DNA of 33,540 nt, taken from the NCBI GenBank assembly GCA_050746465.1, contig JBOGMA010000181.1, positions 1 through 33,540 on the forward strand, read 5' to 3'. The notes under the pieces are model-generated. The model was given only the letters and a program-made list of their open reading frames with translations, was not told the DNA's origin and did no database searches. The position numbers and the translations under genes are program-made. The DNA comes from Acidobacteriaceae bacterium. Its GTDB lineage: Bacteria; Acidobacteriota; Terriglobia; Terriglobales; Acidobacteriaceae. Positions 9,125 through 17,793 of the stretch are shown one piece after another. Each line of letters starts with the position of its first letter. Positions within the stretch are counted from its first letter, which is position 1.

Positions 9125-9484
9125 ATGCCCGACGAAACTCCAGCCAGTCAACTCTCAGGACATACGACAGAACCCGCCCCCGCGGGCTCGGCTCTACTGC
9201 TACCCGGAAATGAAGACAGCAACGGGAGCCCTGCGCATCCGGAAGCAAAGCCTTTTCCAGAAAGTTCCCTCCTAGCGGGGCTTCCGATGCAGCTTGACGT
9301 GATGATTCCAGTACCTTCATTTCGCGTTCAGGATCTTCTTGCGCTTGAAAAGGGCGGGCTTCTTGAAAGCCGCTGGCCCCCCTCTGACGACGTGCCGGTC
9401 TGGTGCGGCGGTTCGCAGTTGGTGTGGAGCGAATTTGAAGTTGTGGATCAAAAGCTGGCGGTTCGAGTGACGCGTCTCGGGTGA
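9125..9484 (+). CDS. Short FliM/FliN C-terminal (SpoA) domain protein
   Basis: LPMQLDVMIP..SFRVQDLLALEKGGLLE...EFEVVDQKLAVRVTRL is a SpoA fold pattern; ATG 9125 preferred over GTG 9083. Confidence 0.85.
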   Translation: MPDETPASQLSGHTTEPAPAGSALLLPGNEDSNGSPAHPEAKPFPESSLLAGLPMQLDVMIPVPSFRVQDLLALEKGGLLESRWPPSDDVPVWCGGSQLVWSEFEVVDQKLAVRVTRLG

Positions 9485-9510
9485 ATGAGAAAGGGATAAC
9501 AGGAGCATCG

Positions 9511-9810
9511 ATGTCCGCAAAGATACTGACGGCCGGCTTTCCGAAATTCGCGGGGGAATCCCCTTTGGCGAAGCACATTCGCAATTTGGGGCGATGGCTG
9601 CTCCAACGTGTTTCGCCCGTTGCAAGCGCCAGAGAGCGCGCTCTTGTTGTCGAGGAGCGGGTTGCAATTGGCCCTAAAAAGGCGCTTGTTCTGGTCCGTT
9701 GCGATGGCCAGAAATTTCTGGTTGCAACCGCTGGAGACACCGTGGGTCCGGTTATTGAAATAGTTCCCCAGAAGGCCGCGCGCCGTAGCCGGAAGGGACG
9801 TGAAGCATGA
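9511..9810 (+). CDS. fliO: FliO-like flagellar biogenesis protein
   Basis: LVVEERVAIGPKKALVLVRCDGQKFLV matches the FliO cytoplasmic domain; AGGAG at 9501-9505 favours ATG 9511 over GTG 9481; ATGA overlap with fliP. Confidence 0.8.
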   Translation: MSAKILTAGFPKFAGESPLAKHIRNLGRWLLQRVSPVASARERALVVEERVAIGPKKALVLVRCDGQKFLVATAGDTVGPVIEIVPQKAARRSRKGREA

Positions 9811-10502
9811 GCATCCTGCTGGCAATCGCCAAGCCCGGGCTGCTTCCCTTGCCGGGGTTTAGCGTACACGCCGGGAACAACGATTCGGTTCCCTGGACAA
9901 TCGTCTTTACGCTGACTCTACTGACACTGCTGCCGGCCATCATTCTTTCGATGACGCCGATGGTGCGGCTGATGGTGGTGTTCCATTTCTTGCGCCAGGC
10001 CCTGGGAACTCAGACCGCGCCCAGTAATCAGGTGCTGATGGGGCTTGGGTTGATGATGACCTGGTTTCTGATGCAACCGGTACTTCTGCAGGTCCAGCAC
10101 CAGGCGGTCGAGCCCTTCCAGCAAGGCAAGATCTCCGGATGGGAAGCCATTGAACGCGGGGCCGGCCCACCCAAGCTCTACATGCTCCATTACGCCCGCG
10201 AGAAAGACCTTGCGCTCTTCACCTCGGCGGCCATGCTTCCTCGCCCCGCGAAACCTGAAGACCTGCCGCTCCGGGTGGTGGTTCCGGCCTACATGCTTTC
10301 GGAATTGAAGGCCGGTTTTGAGATTGGAGCCGTGTTGTTTCTGCCTTTCATGCTCGTCGATATGGTGGTCGCGTCAATTACCACCGCGATTGGAATGTAT
10401 CAGTTGCCGCCTGTTGTCATCTCGACACCACTCAAGATCCTGCTGTTTGTAATGGCGGATGGCTGGCGCCTGCTGGCCGGATCTCTATTGAAGAGTTTTT
10501 AA
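9807..10502 (+). CDS. fliP: Flagellar export gate protein FliP
   Basis: LRQALGTQTAPSNQVL, PAYMLSELKAGFEIG and PLKILLFVMADGW motifs. Confidence 0.97.
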   Translation: MSILLAIAKPGLLPLPGFSVHAGNNDSVPWTIVFTLTLLTLLPAIILSMTPMVRLMVVFHFLRQALGTQTAPSNQVLMGLGLMMTWFLMQPVLLQVQHQAVEPFQQGKISGWEAIERGAGPPKLYMLHYAREKDLALFTSAAMLPRPAKPEDLPLRVVVPAYMLSELKAGFEIGAVLFLPFMLVDMVVASITTAIGMYQLPPVVISTPLKILLFVMADGWRLLAGSLLKSF

Positions 10503-10515
10503 CGGGGGGAAATGT

Positions 10516-10785
10516 ATGGGTACCGATCAAGCAGTTGAATTGATGCGAGGCATGCTTCGCGAGACGCTAATAGTAAGCGCCCCGCTTCTGCTTGCCGCGA
10601 GCATTACCAGCTTCATTTTGAGTTTTTTCCAGACTTTGACTTCGCTGCAGGAGCAGACTCTGACCACGGTGCCCCGTCTCCTGATTGTGTTCGCGGTGGC
10701 GCTGGTGGCATTGCCGTGGTATGCGCAGCGCCTGGTGACTTATACCGTGGCGCTCTTCACGAACTTCCACCGCTACCTGGGGTGA
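10516..10785 (+). CDS. fliQ: Flagellar export gate protein FliQ
   Basis: 89 aa hydrophobic protein; FQTLTSLQEQTLTTVPRL motif. Confidence 0.95.
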   Translation: MGTDQAVELMRGMLRETLIVSAPLLLAASITSFILSFFQTLTSLQEQTLTTVPRLLIVFAVALVALPWYAQRLVTYTVALFTNFHRYLG

Positions 10786-11606
10786 TGATGCAGCCTGCTC
10801 CATTGCTCCACGCCGTAGGCAGCCACTTCAGCGGAGATGTTGACTGGCCGCATTTCCTCTCCGCGATGGTGCTGGTCATGGTCCGCGTCAGCGGCATCAT
10901 GGCGTTTGCCCCGATATTTTCTTCGGGCGCCATTCCCGTGCGCATCAAGGTAGGTTTCGTGCTAGTCATCTCCTATCTACTTGCGCCGATGGCTGCGGCG
11001 CTTCCCACGGCACACGCCCAACTGGGAGTGATGGCGATTCTCGGGGAGCTTGGTATCGGAGTCATTTTGGGACTGGCGCTCAGCCTGCTGAACGAAATCC
11101 TGTATTTTGCCGGCCAACTGCTGGGCTTTCAATTCAGCTTCTCGCTGGTGAACCTGCTTGACCCCAACACCCAGATTGAATCTCCCCTGCTTGCCCAGAT
11201 GTTCACACTGCTGGGTACGCTGGTCTTGTTCGGGGCGGGACTTGATCGCACCATCCTGCTTGCGTTCATGCGTACTTTCCGCGACGCGCCCGTGGGCACG
11301 GTGGTTCTCAATGGTCAGGTCGGGCTTTCGCTGGTGACGGCCATGAGCGGAGTCTTCTTCGCCGGGCTGCAACTGGCGGCGCCGGTAATGGCGGCAACGC
11401 TCCTGGTCGAGGTTGTTGTCTCCCTGCTCGGCAAGCTGTCGCCTGAGCTTCCAGTAATGATGATTGCTGTTCCAGCGAAGACGATGCTGGGATATGTCGT
11501 TCTTATCGGGTCACTCGCCCTATGGCCGCGTTTCCTTGAATCCCGGTTTTCACTTCTTCTCGATGGCGCGGAGCATGTGCTGCGCCATGCGGTGACGGTG
11601 CGATGA
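10785..11606 (+). CDS. fliR: Flagellar export gate protein FliR
   Basis: Polytopic; RVSGIMAFAPIFS...PVRIK, AGQLLGFQFSFS, LQLAAP motifs; TGATG overlap with fliQ sets the start at 10785 (or 10788). Confidence 0.95.
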   Translation: MMQPAPLLHAVGSHFSGDVDWPHFLSAMVLVMVRVSGIMAFAPIFSSGAIPVRIKVGFVLVISYLLAPMAAALPTAHAQLGVMAILGELGIGVILGLALSLLNEILYFAGQLLGFQFSFSLVNLLDPNTQIESPLLAQMFTLLGTLVLFGAGLDRTILLAFMRTFRDAPVGTVVLNGQVGLSLVTAMSGVFFAGLQLAAPVMAATLLVEVVVSLLGKLSPELPVMMIAVPAKTMLGYVVLIGSLALWPRFLESRFSLLLDGAEHVLRHAVTVR

Positions 11607-12784
11607 GCGACGATCGGACAGAAAAAGCGACGCCGCGAAAGCGTCAGCAGGCGCAGGAAAAGGGTGATCGCGTCCGCAGCCGAGAGCTCATCGGGGCATC
11701 CGGAACCCTTGCCGGGGTTCTTGCTCTCGGCCAGCTCACAGAAAAATGGTCAGGAAGCTGGGCCGCGGTCTACCAGACATTTCTCAACCTTGGCATGCCG
11801 CAGGCGTGGGCGGAGGACAGGGCGCCTCAGACCATTCTGGCGATACGGCACGCGACGGTAATTCTGATTTCGCCGTTGCTGCTGCTGTTTGCGTTTGCCG
11901 CTGGAGCGGCGCTGCTGGCGGGCTGCGCACAGGGCGGCGGCCTTCATTTCCAGGCGGACGCGCTGCAGCCGAAATGGGAACGCCTGAGTCCTGCGGAGAA
12001 TATCAAGAATCTGTTTTCTCTCCACAGTCTCACGCACGTCGGCAAATCCCTGATTCCGGCGGCCGCCCTGCTTGGGCTTGCGGTCCGGAAGATCTATGCA
12101 CAATCACTGATGCCGCCTCTGAGTGTGGAGCGCCTTCCGACGACGTTTGGAACGGTCTATGACATCCTGCTCGACACCTCATTCATCCTCTTTGCCTGGT
12201 CGGCGGTCGACTACCTGATTGAATGGCGAAGTTGGGAGAACCGTCTGAAAATGTCGCACCAGGAACTCCGGGAAGAGTTCAAGCAGACGGAAGGAAATCC
12301 GCAGATTCGCGGGAAAATCAGGGCATTGCGGCGCCAAATGCGCCGCCGCCGCATGAAGGCCGACGTAAGCCGCGCCTCGGTGGTCATCACGAATCCCACA
12401 CATTACGCCGTCGCACTCAGTTTTGATTTTGAATCGATGGAGCCTCCTCGCGTGCTGGCCAAAGGGCGAGACTTACTTGCCGAGCAGATCAAGAGCGATG
12501 CCCGCTGGGCCGGTGTCCCCATCGTCGAGAATCCGCCGCTGGCGCGTTCTCTGTACCGGTATGTCGAGGAGGGGCGCGCCATTCCGTTCGATCTCTATTC
12601 TGCTGTCGCCGCAATTCTCGCCTATCTCTATCGCCAGCAGGTCGAAGAACGGGTACGCCGCGAACACGCGCGACGAAAGACAGCGAAGCCGCAGCCTTCA
12701 CCATCGGGCCCATTCGCGAAACCGGCGATTGCAATTCTCCCCGATCAACAGCCTAATTCCTTTCCTTTTAAGGAGACATCATGA
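11603..12784 (+). CDS. flhB: Flagellar export switch protein FlhB
   Basis: RTEKATPRK, KQTEGNPQI, NPTH autocleavage motif and ENPPLARSLY. Confidence 0.97.
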   Translation: MSDDRTEKATPRKRQQAQEKGDRVRSRELIGASGTLAGVLALGQLTEKWSGSWAAVYQTFLNLGMPQAWAEDRAPQTILAIRHATVILISPLLLLFAFAAGAALLAGCAQGGGLHFQADALQPKWERLSPAENIKNLFSLHSLTHVGKSLIPAAALLGLAVRKIYAQSLMPPLSVERLPTTFGTVYDILLDTSFILFAWSAVDYLIEWRSWENRLKMSHQELREEFKQTEGNPQIRGKIRALRRQMRRRRMKADVSRASVVITNPTHYAVALSFDFESMEPPRVLAKGRDLLAEQIKSDARWAGVPIVENPPLARSLYRYVEEGRAIPFDLYSAVAAILAYLYRQQVEERVRREHARRKTAKPQPSPSGPFAKPAIAILPDQQPNSFPFKETS

Positions 12785-15012
12785 CCTCTGCCGCTCCGAT
12801 ATTGTCTGCAGCGGAAAGTACTTCTTCCGCAAGCCCGGTTCGAACGGGCAGTGCCACCTTTACGGCCGCTCATGGAGAGAGTTCGAGCGAAACGATCGCG
12901 GCTCTGTCAACGTCCGCGCAGGGCATCTCGCAAAATCCGGTTGCGGGCAGGGGCGGAAGCTTGTTGCGCCGCCTCAAGGAGCTGGCTCTTCCTGTTGGAG
13001 CCATAAGCGTCATTTTTGTCATGCTGGTCCCTGTTCCGGCCTTTCTTATGGACGCACTGCTGGCCTGCTCGATGGCCGCGTCCGTGCTGGTCTTTCTTTC
13101 CGCAGTGCAAATTCGAAAGGCTGTTGACCTTTCCGTATTTCCCACTCTGCTTCTTCTACTCACGCTGTTTCGACTTTCGCTCAACATTGCCTCCAGCCGG
13201 CGGATTTTGCTCCACGGAGGTGAGGGCACGGCGGCCGCCGGCAAGGTGATTGAGGCATTCGGCCAGTTCGTGGTTGGCGGCAACTATGTTGTCGGATTTG
13301 TGCTTTTTCTCGCTCTGATTGCGATTCAGTTTCTGGTCGTAAGTCATGGGGCTGTCCGAACGGCGGAGGTTACCGCGCGGTTCACGCTCGATGCCCTGCC
13401 GGGAAAGCAGATGGCGATCGACGCCGATATGAACGCTGGGCTGATTGACGAGGCCACGGCGCGCCAGCGCCGCCAAGCCATTGCGCAGGAAGCGGAATTC
13501 TACGGAGCCATGGACGGCGCCGCCCGCTTCAGTCAGAGGGATGCGCTGGCAACGATTCTCATTACGGCGATCAACATCGTCGCCGGTTTGCTGATTGGGG
13601 TTATCCAGCAGGGCGTTGCGCTCAGCGAGGCGGTGCGAACCTACACCATTTTGACGGTCGGAGACGGTCTGGTCACGATGATTCCGTCGTTATTGGTTTC
13701 CGTTGCCGGCGGTATCGTTCTAACGCGCGCATCGTCCTCTGGTTCTCTTAGCACGGAGTTGGGCGCGCAACTGTTTCGCAAGGGCACCACGCTTTACGTT
13801 GCCAGTGGCGTGATGGCCGCACTCTGTCTGGTTCCCGGTTTGCCGAAGATCATTTTTCTCTTGCTTTCCATTTCGCTCGCGTGGCTTGGGAAGAGAATTA
13901 CTAAACTTGCGCCTGAGCAATCGGTATCCGCGGGACCGCTGCAAAAGTCGGGTGACAAATCGCAAGCCGACAGTCTGATTCCTCTGCTGAAGATGGATGA
14001 TCTCAGCCTGGAGATCGGATTCCAGTTGATTCCGCTGGTCGACGAAAAACAGGGCGGTCAAATGCTGTCACGGGTACGCGCGCTCCGTCGGCACCTGGCG
14101 GGGGAACTCGGGTTTCTTGTGCCGCCTATTCATATTTCCGACAACCTGCGTCTCAGACCGCGTGAGTATGTCTTCTCGGTGCGTGGCCTTGAAGTTGGGC
14201 GCTGGCAGATGGAGGGCAACTCGCTTCTGGCCGTCAGCGCCGAGGCGACGACCCATCCGATTCCCGGCAAAGAGACCCGGGAGCCGGCTTTCGGAGTTGC
14301 CGCGCGCTGGATTGCTCCCGCTCTGGAAGACCAGGCGATGGCCGCGGGCTATTCGGTGGTCGATTCGCTCACAGCAATCAGCACGCACATTGCCGAGATG
14401 ATTCGCCAGCACTCCTATCAGTTGCTGAGCCGGGCCGAGACCAAGCGGCTGCTTGATTCGCTCAACGACAGCCATCCGAAGTTGATCGAGGAGCTTGTGC
14501 CTAAGCTCCTCACCCTAGGAGAAGTGCAGCGGGTACTCCAGCAGTTGCTGCGCGAGCGGGTGTCGATTCGCGATCTTGGCACGATTCTGGAGGCTTTGGT
14601 CGAAACAGCCGGCGTTTCGAAAGGACTGCCGCAACTGGTTGAAGCCGCTCGCCAGGCGCTGGGCCGGCGTGTGCTGCAACCGCTGCTGGATCCCGACGGA
14701 AGTCTCCGCGTTTGGATGCTTGATCCTGCGATAGAGGAGGAGATCATTTCCGCATTTCAAGCAGAGAATCCCGTACGGCTGTTGCAGGACGGTCGCGGGC
14801 AATCGTCGCCACCGCTGCGCCGCCTCGCCGATTCTTTGAAGCAGCTAATCGCGCCTCATACATCTTCGGCATCTCCCGTGCTCCTTTGCCAGAGTCCGGC
14901 TCGATATCACCTGCGGCGATGGCTTGAACCGATTCTTCCCAGGGTCATGGTCATCGCGCCGGCGGAGATTCCTCCGGATACCCGACTTCGTTCGGCAGGT
15001 GTGATTCGTTGA
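12781..15012 (+). CDS. flhA: Flagellar export protein FlhA
   Basis: FPTLLLLLTLFRLSLNIASSR, AEVTARFTLDALPGKQMAIDAD, FYGAMDGAARF; ATGA overlap with flhB. Confidence 0.98.
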   Translation: MTSAAPILSAAESTSSASPVRTGSATFTAAHGESSSETIAALSTSAQGISQNPVAGRGGSLLRRLKELALPVGAISVIFVMLVPVPAFLMDALLACSMAASVLVFLSAVQIRKAVDLSVFPTLLLLLTLFRLSLNIASSRRILLHGGEGTAAAGKVIEAFGQFVVGGNYVVGFVLFLALIAIQFLVVSHGAVRTAEVTARFTLDALPGKQMAIDADMNAGLIDEATARQRRQAIAQEAEFYGAMDGAARFSQRDALATILITAINIVAGLLIGVIQQGVALSEAVRTYTILTVGDGLVTMIPSLLVSVAGGIVLTRASSSGSLSTELGAQLFRKGTTLYVASGVMAALCLVPGLPKIIFLLLSISLAWLGKRITKLAPEQSVSAGPLQKSGDKSQADSLIPLLKMDDLSLEIGFQLIPLVDEKQGGQMLSRVRALRRHLAGELGFLVPPIHISDNLRLRPREYVFSVRGLEVGRWQMEGNSLLAVSAEATTHPIPGKETREPAFGVAARWIAPALEDQAMAAGYSVVDSLTAISTHIAEMIRQHSYQLLSRAETKRLLDSLNDSHPKLIEELVPKLLTLGEVQRVLQQLLRERVSIRDLGTILEALVETAGVSKGLPQLVEAARQALGRRVLQPLLDPDGSLRVWMLDPAIEEEIISAFQAENPVRLLQDGRGQSSPPLRRLADSLKQLIAPHTSSASPVLLCQSPARYHLRRWLEPILPRVMVIAPAEIPPDTRLRSAGVIR

Positions 15013-15083
15013 AGACGCGAAAAGGCACAACAGGAATTGCGGGAGAGAGAGATACCAAACCGGGTTCGGAAAAGGGGCAGGAG

Positions 15084-15995
15084 ATGCAGAGTGCAGAAAA
15101 TCAAGGCCAAGAAATTCACAGCCGGAAGGCGGTGCAGACAATCCAGGGGAGCCAGCCGGCTTCATTTCCGATTTCCGCGTTGCCGTTAGCCTCACCCGGG
15201 GCGGAGGGCCTGGCCGATGGCGGCCCGTCGCGGCAGGGCGAGATGACCGCCGAGCAGGAGCAGCTTATGATCGAGCACCTCCCGACTGTTCGGTACCTTG
15301 CGCGGCGCATCCACGAACGCCTGCCGCAGCATGTTGAGATTGAGGACCTGGTTTCCGCCGGCGTCTTGGGGCTGATCGATGCCTTCAGAAAATTTGATCC
15401 AAGGAAAAAAGTGCAGTTTCGCAGCTACGCGCAGTTTCGCATTCGGGGAGCCATTCTTGACAGTTTGCGAACCCTGGACTGGAGCCCGCGTGACCTGCGC
15501 CGCAAGGGGCGAGCCATCGAAGAGGCGATCCGAGCGCTCACTGCACGTTCGGGCCGCGCGCCTTCGGAGCCGGAAATTGCCGCAGAGATGGGCATGGAAC
15601 TTGGCGAATATCAGCAATTGCTCGGCGAGCTGAAGGGATTAGAAATAGGAACACTGCATACTGAGCACTGCGAGGATTCCGGCGAAGAAGAGCTGGCATA
15701 TATTCCGAACAAGCCGGAAGAGGATCCTCTCTTCTGCTGTCTCAAAAGCGAGATGCAGGCGCGGCTTGCCTCCGCAATCGATCAGCTTCCTGAACGCGAG
15801 CGGCTGGTGATGACCTTGTATTACTACGAAGAAATGACAATGAAGGAGATCGGCCTCACGCTTGGAGTGGTCGAATCGCGCGTTTCACAGATTCATGCGT
15901 CGGCGATTTTGCGGTTGCGCTCCTTCCTTGCTTCCCTGGCGCCGGAGCGGCGCAATGACCTTCATCACAACCAAAGCCACCCGGCACGAATGTAG
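15084..15995 (+). CDS. fliA: RNA polymerase sigma-28 factor FliA/WhiG
   Basis: DLVSAGVLGLIDA, FRSYAQFRIRGAILDSLRTLDW, LYYYEEMTMKEIG..LGVVESRVSQIH. ATG 15084 has an AGGAG SD; TTG 15009 is the alternative start. Confidence 0.96.
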   Translation: MQSAENQGQEIHSRKAVQTIQGSQPASFPISALPLASPGAEGLADGGPSRQGEMTAEQEQLMIEHLPTVRYLARRIHERLPQHVEIEDLVSAGVLGLIDAFRKFDPRKKVQFRSYAQFRIRGAILDSLRTLDWSPRDLRRKGRAIEEAIRALTARSGRAPSEPEIAAEMGMELGEYQQLLGELKGLEIGTLHTEHCEDSGEEELAYIPNKPEEDPLFCCLKSEMQARLASAIDQLPERERLVMTLYYYEEMTMKEIGLTLGVVESRVSQIHASAILRLRSFLASLAPERRNDLHHNQSHPARM

Positions 15996-16013
15996 ACAAC
16001 GCCTTAGGAAATT

Positions 16014-16961
16014 ATGGACAAGACTCTCCAGCAGGATGAAATCGACGCTCTTTTCCAGGCGGCTCGTGCGAAGAAAAGCGCCGCCGCAGGCGCAAGCAAG
16101 GCTAAAGCGCAACCATACAGCTTCGCCCGCTCCGGACAGATCAGCAATGAGCAGATGCGGGCCATTAGCCTGCTGAACGATATTTTTGCGCGGAACCTGA
16201 CGCACAATCTCGGAGCCTGGCTGCGCAGCAGCTTCGAAGTCAATCTGGTTTCCGCCGAGCAGATGCCGTTCAACGAGTACATGCTCCGGATTCCCGAGCT
16301 TTCCTACGTTTGCTCCGTGCGGCTGGAGCCTTTACGGGCCATTTCGGTCATGCATATGGACCTGGCTCCGGCTCCCGCGATGATCGACCTGCTTCTCGGC
16401 GGAGTCGGCTCTCCCGGCGAGTTGCGGGAGCTAACTGATATCGAAGAGTCCATTCTCTCCAGTGTCGCGGAGGCGATCTGCAGAGAGTTGAGCACGGCGT
16501 GGCAGCAGGTGGGATTGAGCTTTCATTTTGAGCAGCGCCAGATGCAAACACAGATTGCCCGGCTGATGCCGGTTTCCGAAAAGACGCTTTGCCTGAGTTT
16601 TGAAATACGCATGCCTGGCGCCAGCGGGCTATTGAATCTGGCATTTCCGGCGGTTGTTTCCAACACCATCCTTCACCGCCTGGTCGGTGACTGGACACGT
16701 CAGCGGCGGCACGCCCCGGAGACTAGACAGAGAATTCTCGAACGTACCCGTAAAGCGCTGGTAGGGGCCGCGCTGCAGTTGCCGCCGACGCGGCTTGCCG
16801 CTCGCGAAATAAGTTCTTTGAAGCCGGGCTCAATTCTGCGCTTCCAGCTATCGTCGCAGCAATCCGCCGAACTTCGCGTATCCGGCGTCCCGCTGTTTGC
16901 CGCCTCGCCGGTGAGTTGCGGCGAACATCGCGCGGCGCAACTGTCGGCGGCCATCCGGTGA
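16014..16961 (+). CDS. fliM: Flagellar motor switch protein FliM
   Basis: N-terminal LQQDEIDALF (CheY-P binding peptide), IDLLLGG...RELTDIE and a C-terminal SpoA domain. Confidence 0.95.
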   Translation: MDKTLQQDEIDALFQAARAKKSAAAGASKAKAQPYSFARSGQISNEQMRAISLLNDIFARNLTHNLGAWLRSSFEVNLVSAEQMPFNEYMLRIPELSYVCSVRLEPLRAISVMHMDLAPAPAMIDLLLGGVGSPGELRELTDIEESILSSVAEAICRELSTAWQQVGLSFHFEQRQMQTQIARLMPVSEKTLCLSFEIRMPGASGLLNLAFPAVVSNTILHRLVGDWTRQRRHAPETRQRILERTRKALVGAALQLPPTRLAAREISSLKPGSILRFQLSSQQSAELRVSGVPLFAASPVSCGEHRAAQLSAAIR

Positions 16962-17028
16962 GTGAAACGAAGCGGCGAAGAGGGATGGAAGAGATGGAAG
17001 AGATCACTTCAGGGCAGGAGAGCAAGAG

Positions 17029-17793
17029 ATGAAATCATATTTGAGCTGCTGGCTGGTTGAAGCGCCGAAAATGCTTGAGCGCGAATTCAACAGCAAAATC
17101 GAATTGCTGCCAGGCACCCGATCGCCGCAACCCGCGGCAGAGATTACCTCGGGCATCAAGTTTCACTCGTATTCGGGGCGTTTTCTTGTCAGCGCAGACC
17201 GGGATGCCCTTCGCGCCCTCTTCGCGGCCCATGGCTCCTCCGATGGAGAGGATCCAGCGCGCGATCTTGGCATGTGGGTCAATATTCTCCAGCGGATCGC
17301 CGAGTCTGCTTTTCTGCTCTTTCATCCATCCGAAACGTCGACGGAAGCCTTGATCGAACCTGCCGCCTGGACACCCGGAAAGGCTTCTGTTGCATATGAG
17401 TTGCGCTGTGGCGAAATTGTTGTGCCGCTGGCGCTAATCGATGAATTTGAGGCGGCGGATATTGTCGCGCATACCGCAAAGCCAAATGTCGCACCTCCAT
17501 CCGCGGATTCGGCAAAGATCGCGCAGGAGGGTATTGATCTATTACTGGATATTGAACTGGAGGCATCACTTCGATTCGGCTCGCGGGAAATGCCGCTGAA
17601 CGAGGTGCTCGATCTCGGAGCGGGGGATGTTATCGAGCTGGACCGCCATGTATCCGACCCGGTTGATCTGCTGGTGGGGGACAAGATCGTCGCCCGGGGA
17701 GAGGTCGTTTTGATCAACGGCAGTTTCGGGCTTCGTGTCCTGGAGGTAGCCGAACCGAAAAAATGTCTGGAGAGCATCCGATGCCTGTTCTAG
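17029..17793 (+). CDS. fliN: Flagellar motor switch protein FliN with extended N-terminal domain
   Basis: C-terminal IDLLLDIELEASLRFGSREM...ARGEVVLINGSFGLRV is canonical FliN; AGGAG SD at 17016-17020. Confidence 0.92.
   Translation: MKSYLSCWLVEAPKMLEREFNSKIELLPGTRSPQPAAEITSGIKFHSYSGRFLVSADRDALRALFAAHGSSDGEDPARDLGMWVNILQRIAESAFLLFHPSETSTEALIEPAAWTPGKASVAYELRCGEIVVPLALIDEFEAADIVAHTAKPNVAPPSADSAKIAQEGIDLLLDIELEASLRFGSREMPLNEVLDLGAGDVIELDRHVSDPVDLLVGDKIVARGEVVLINGSFGLRVLEVAEPKKCLESIRCLF

Noticed and set aside
48..15012. Non-flagellar (injectisome) type III secretion system
   Set aside because: Hook, rod, L/P-ring, FliG/FliM, FliA and FlgM genes make the cluster clearly flagellar.
15023..15040. 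GGCAC...TTGC upstream of fliA resembling a sigma54 promoter
   Set aside because: GG-to-GC spacing is 13 nt rather than the strict 10.
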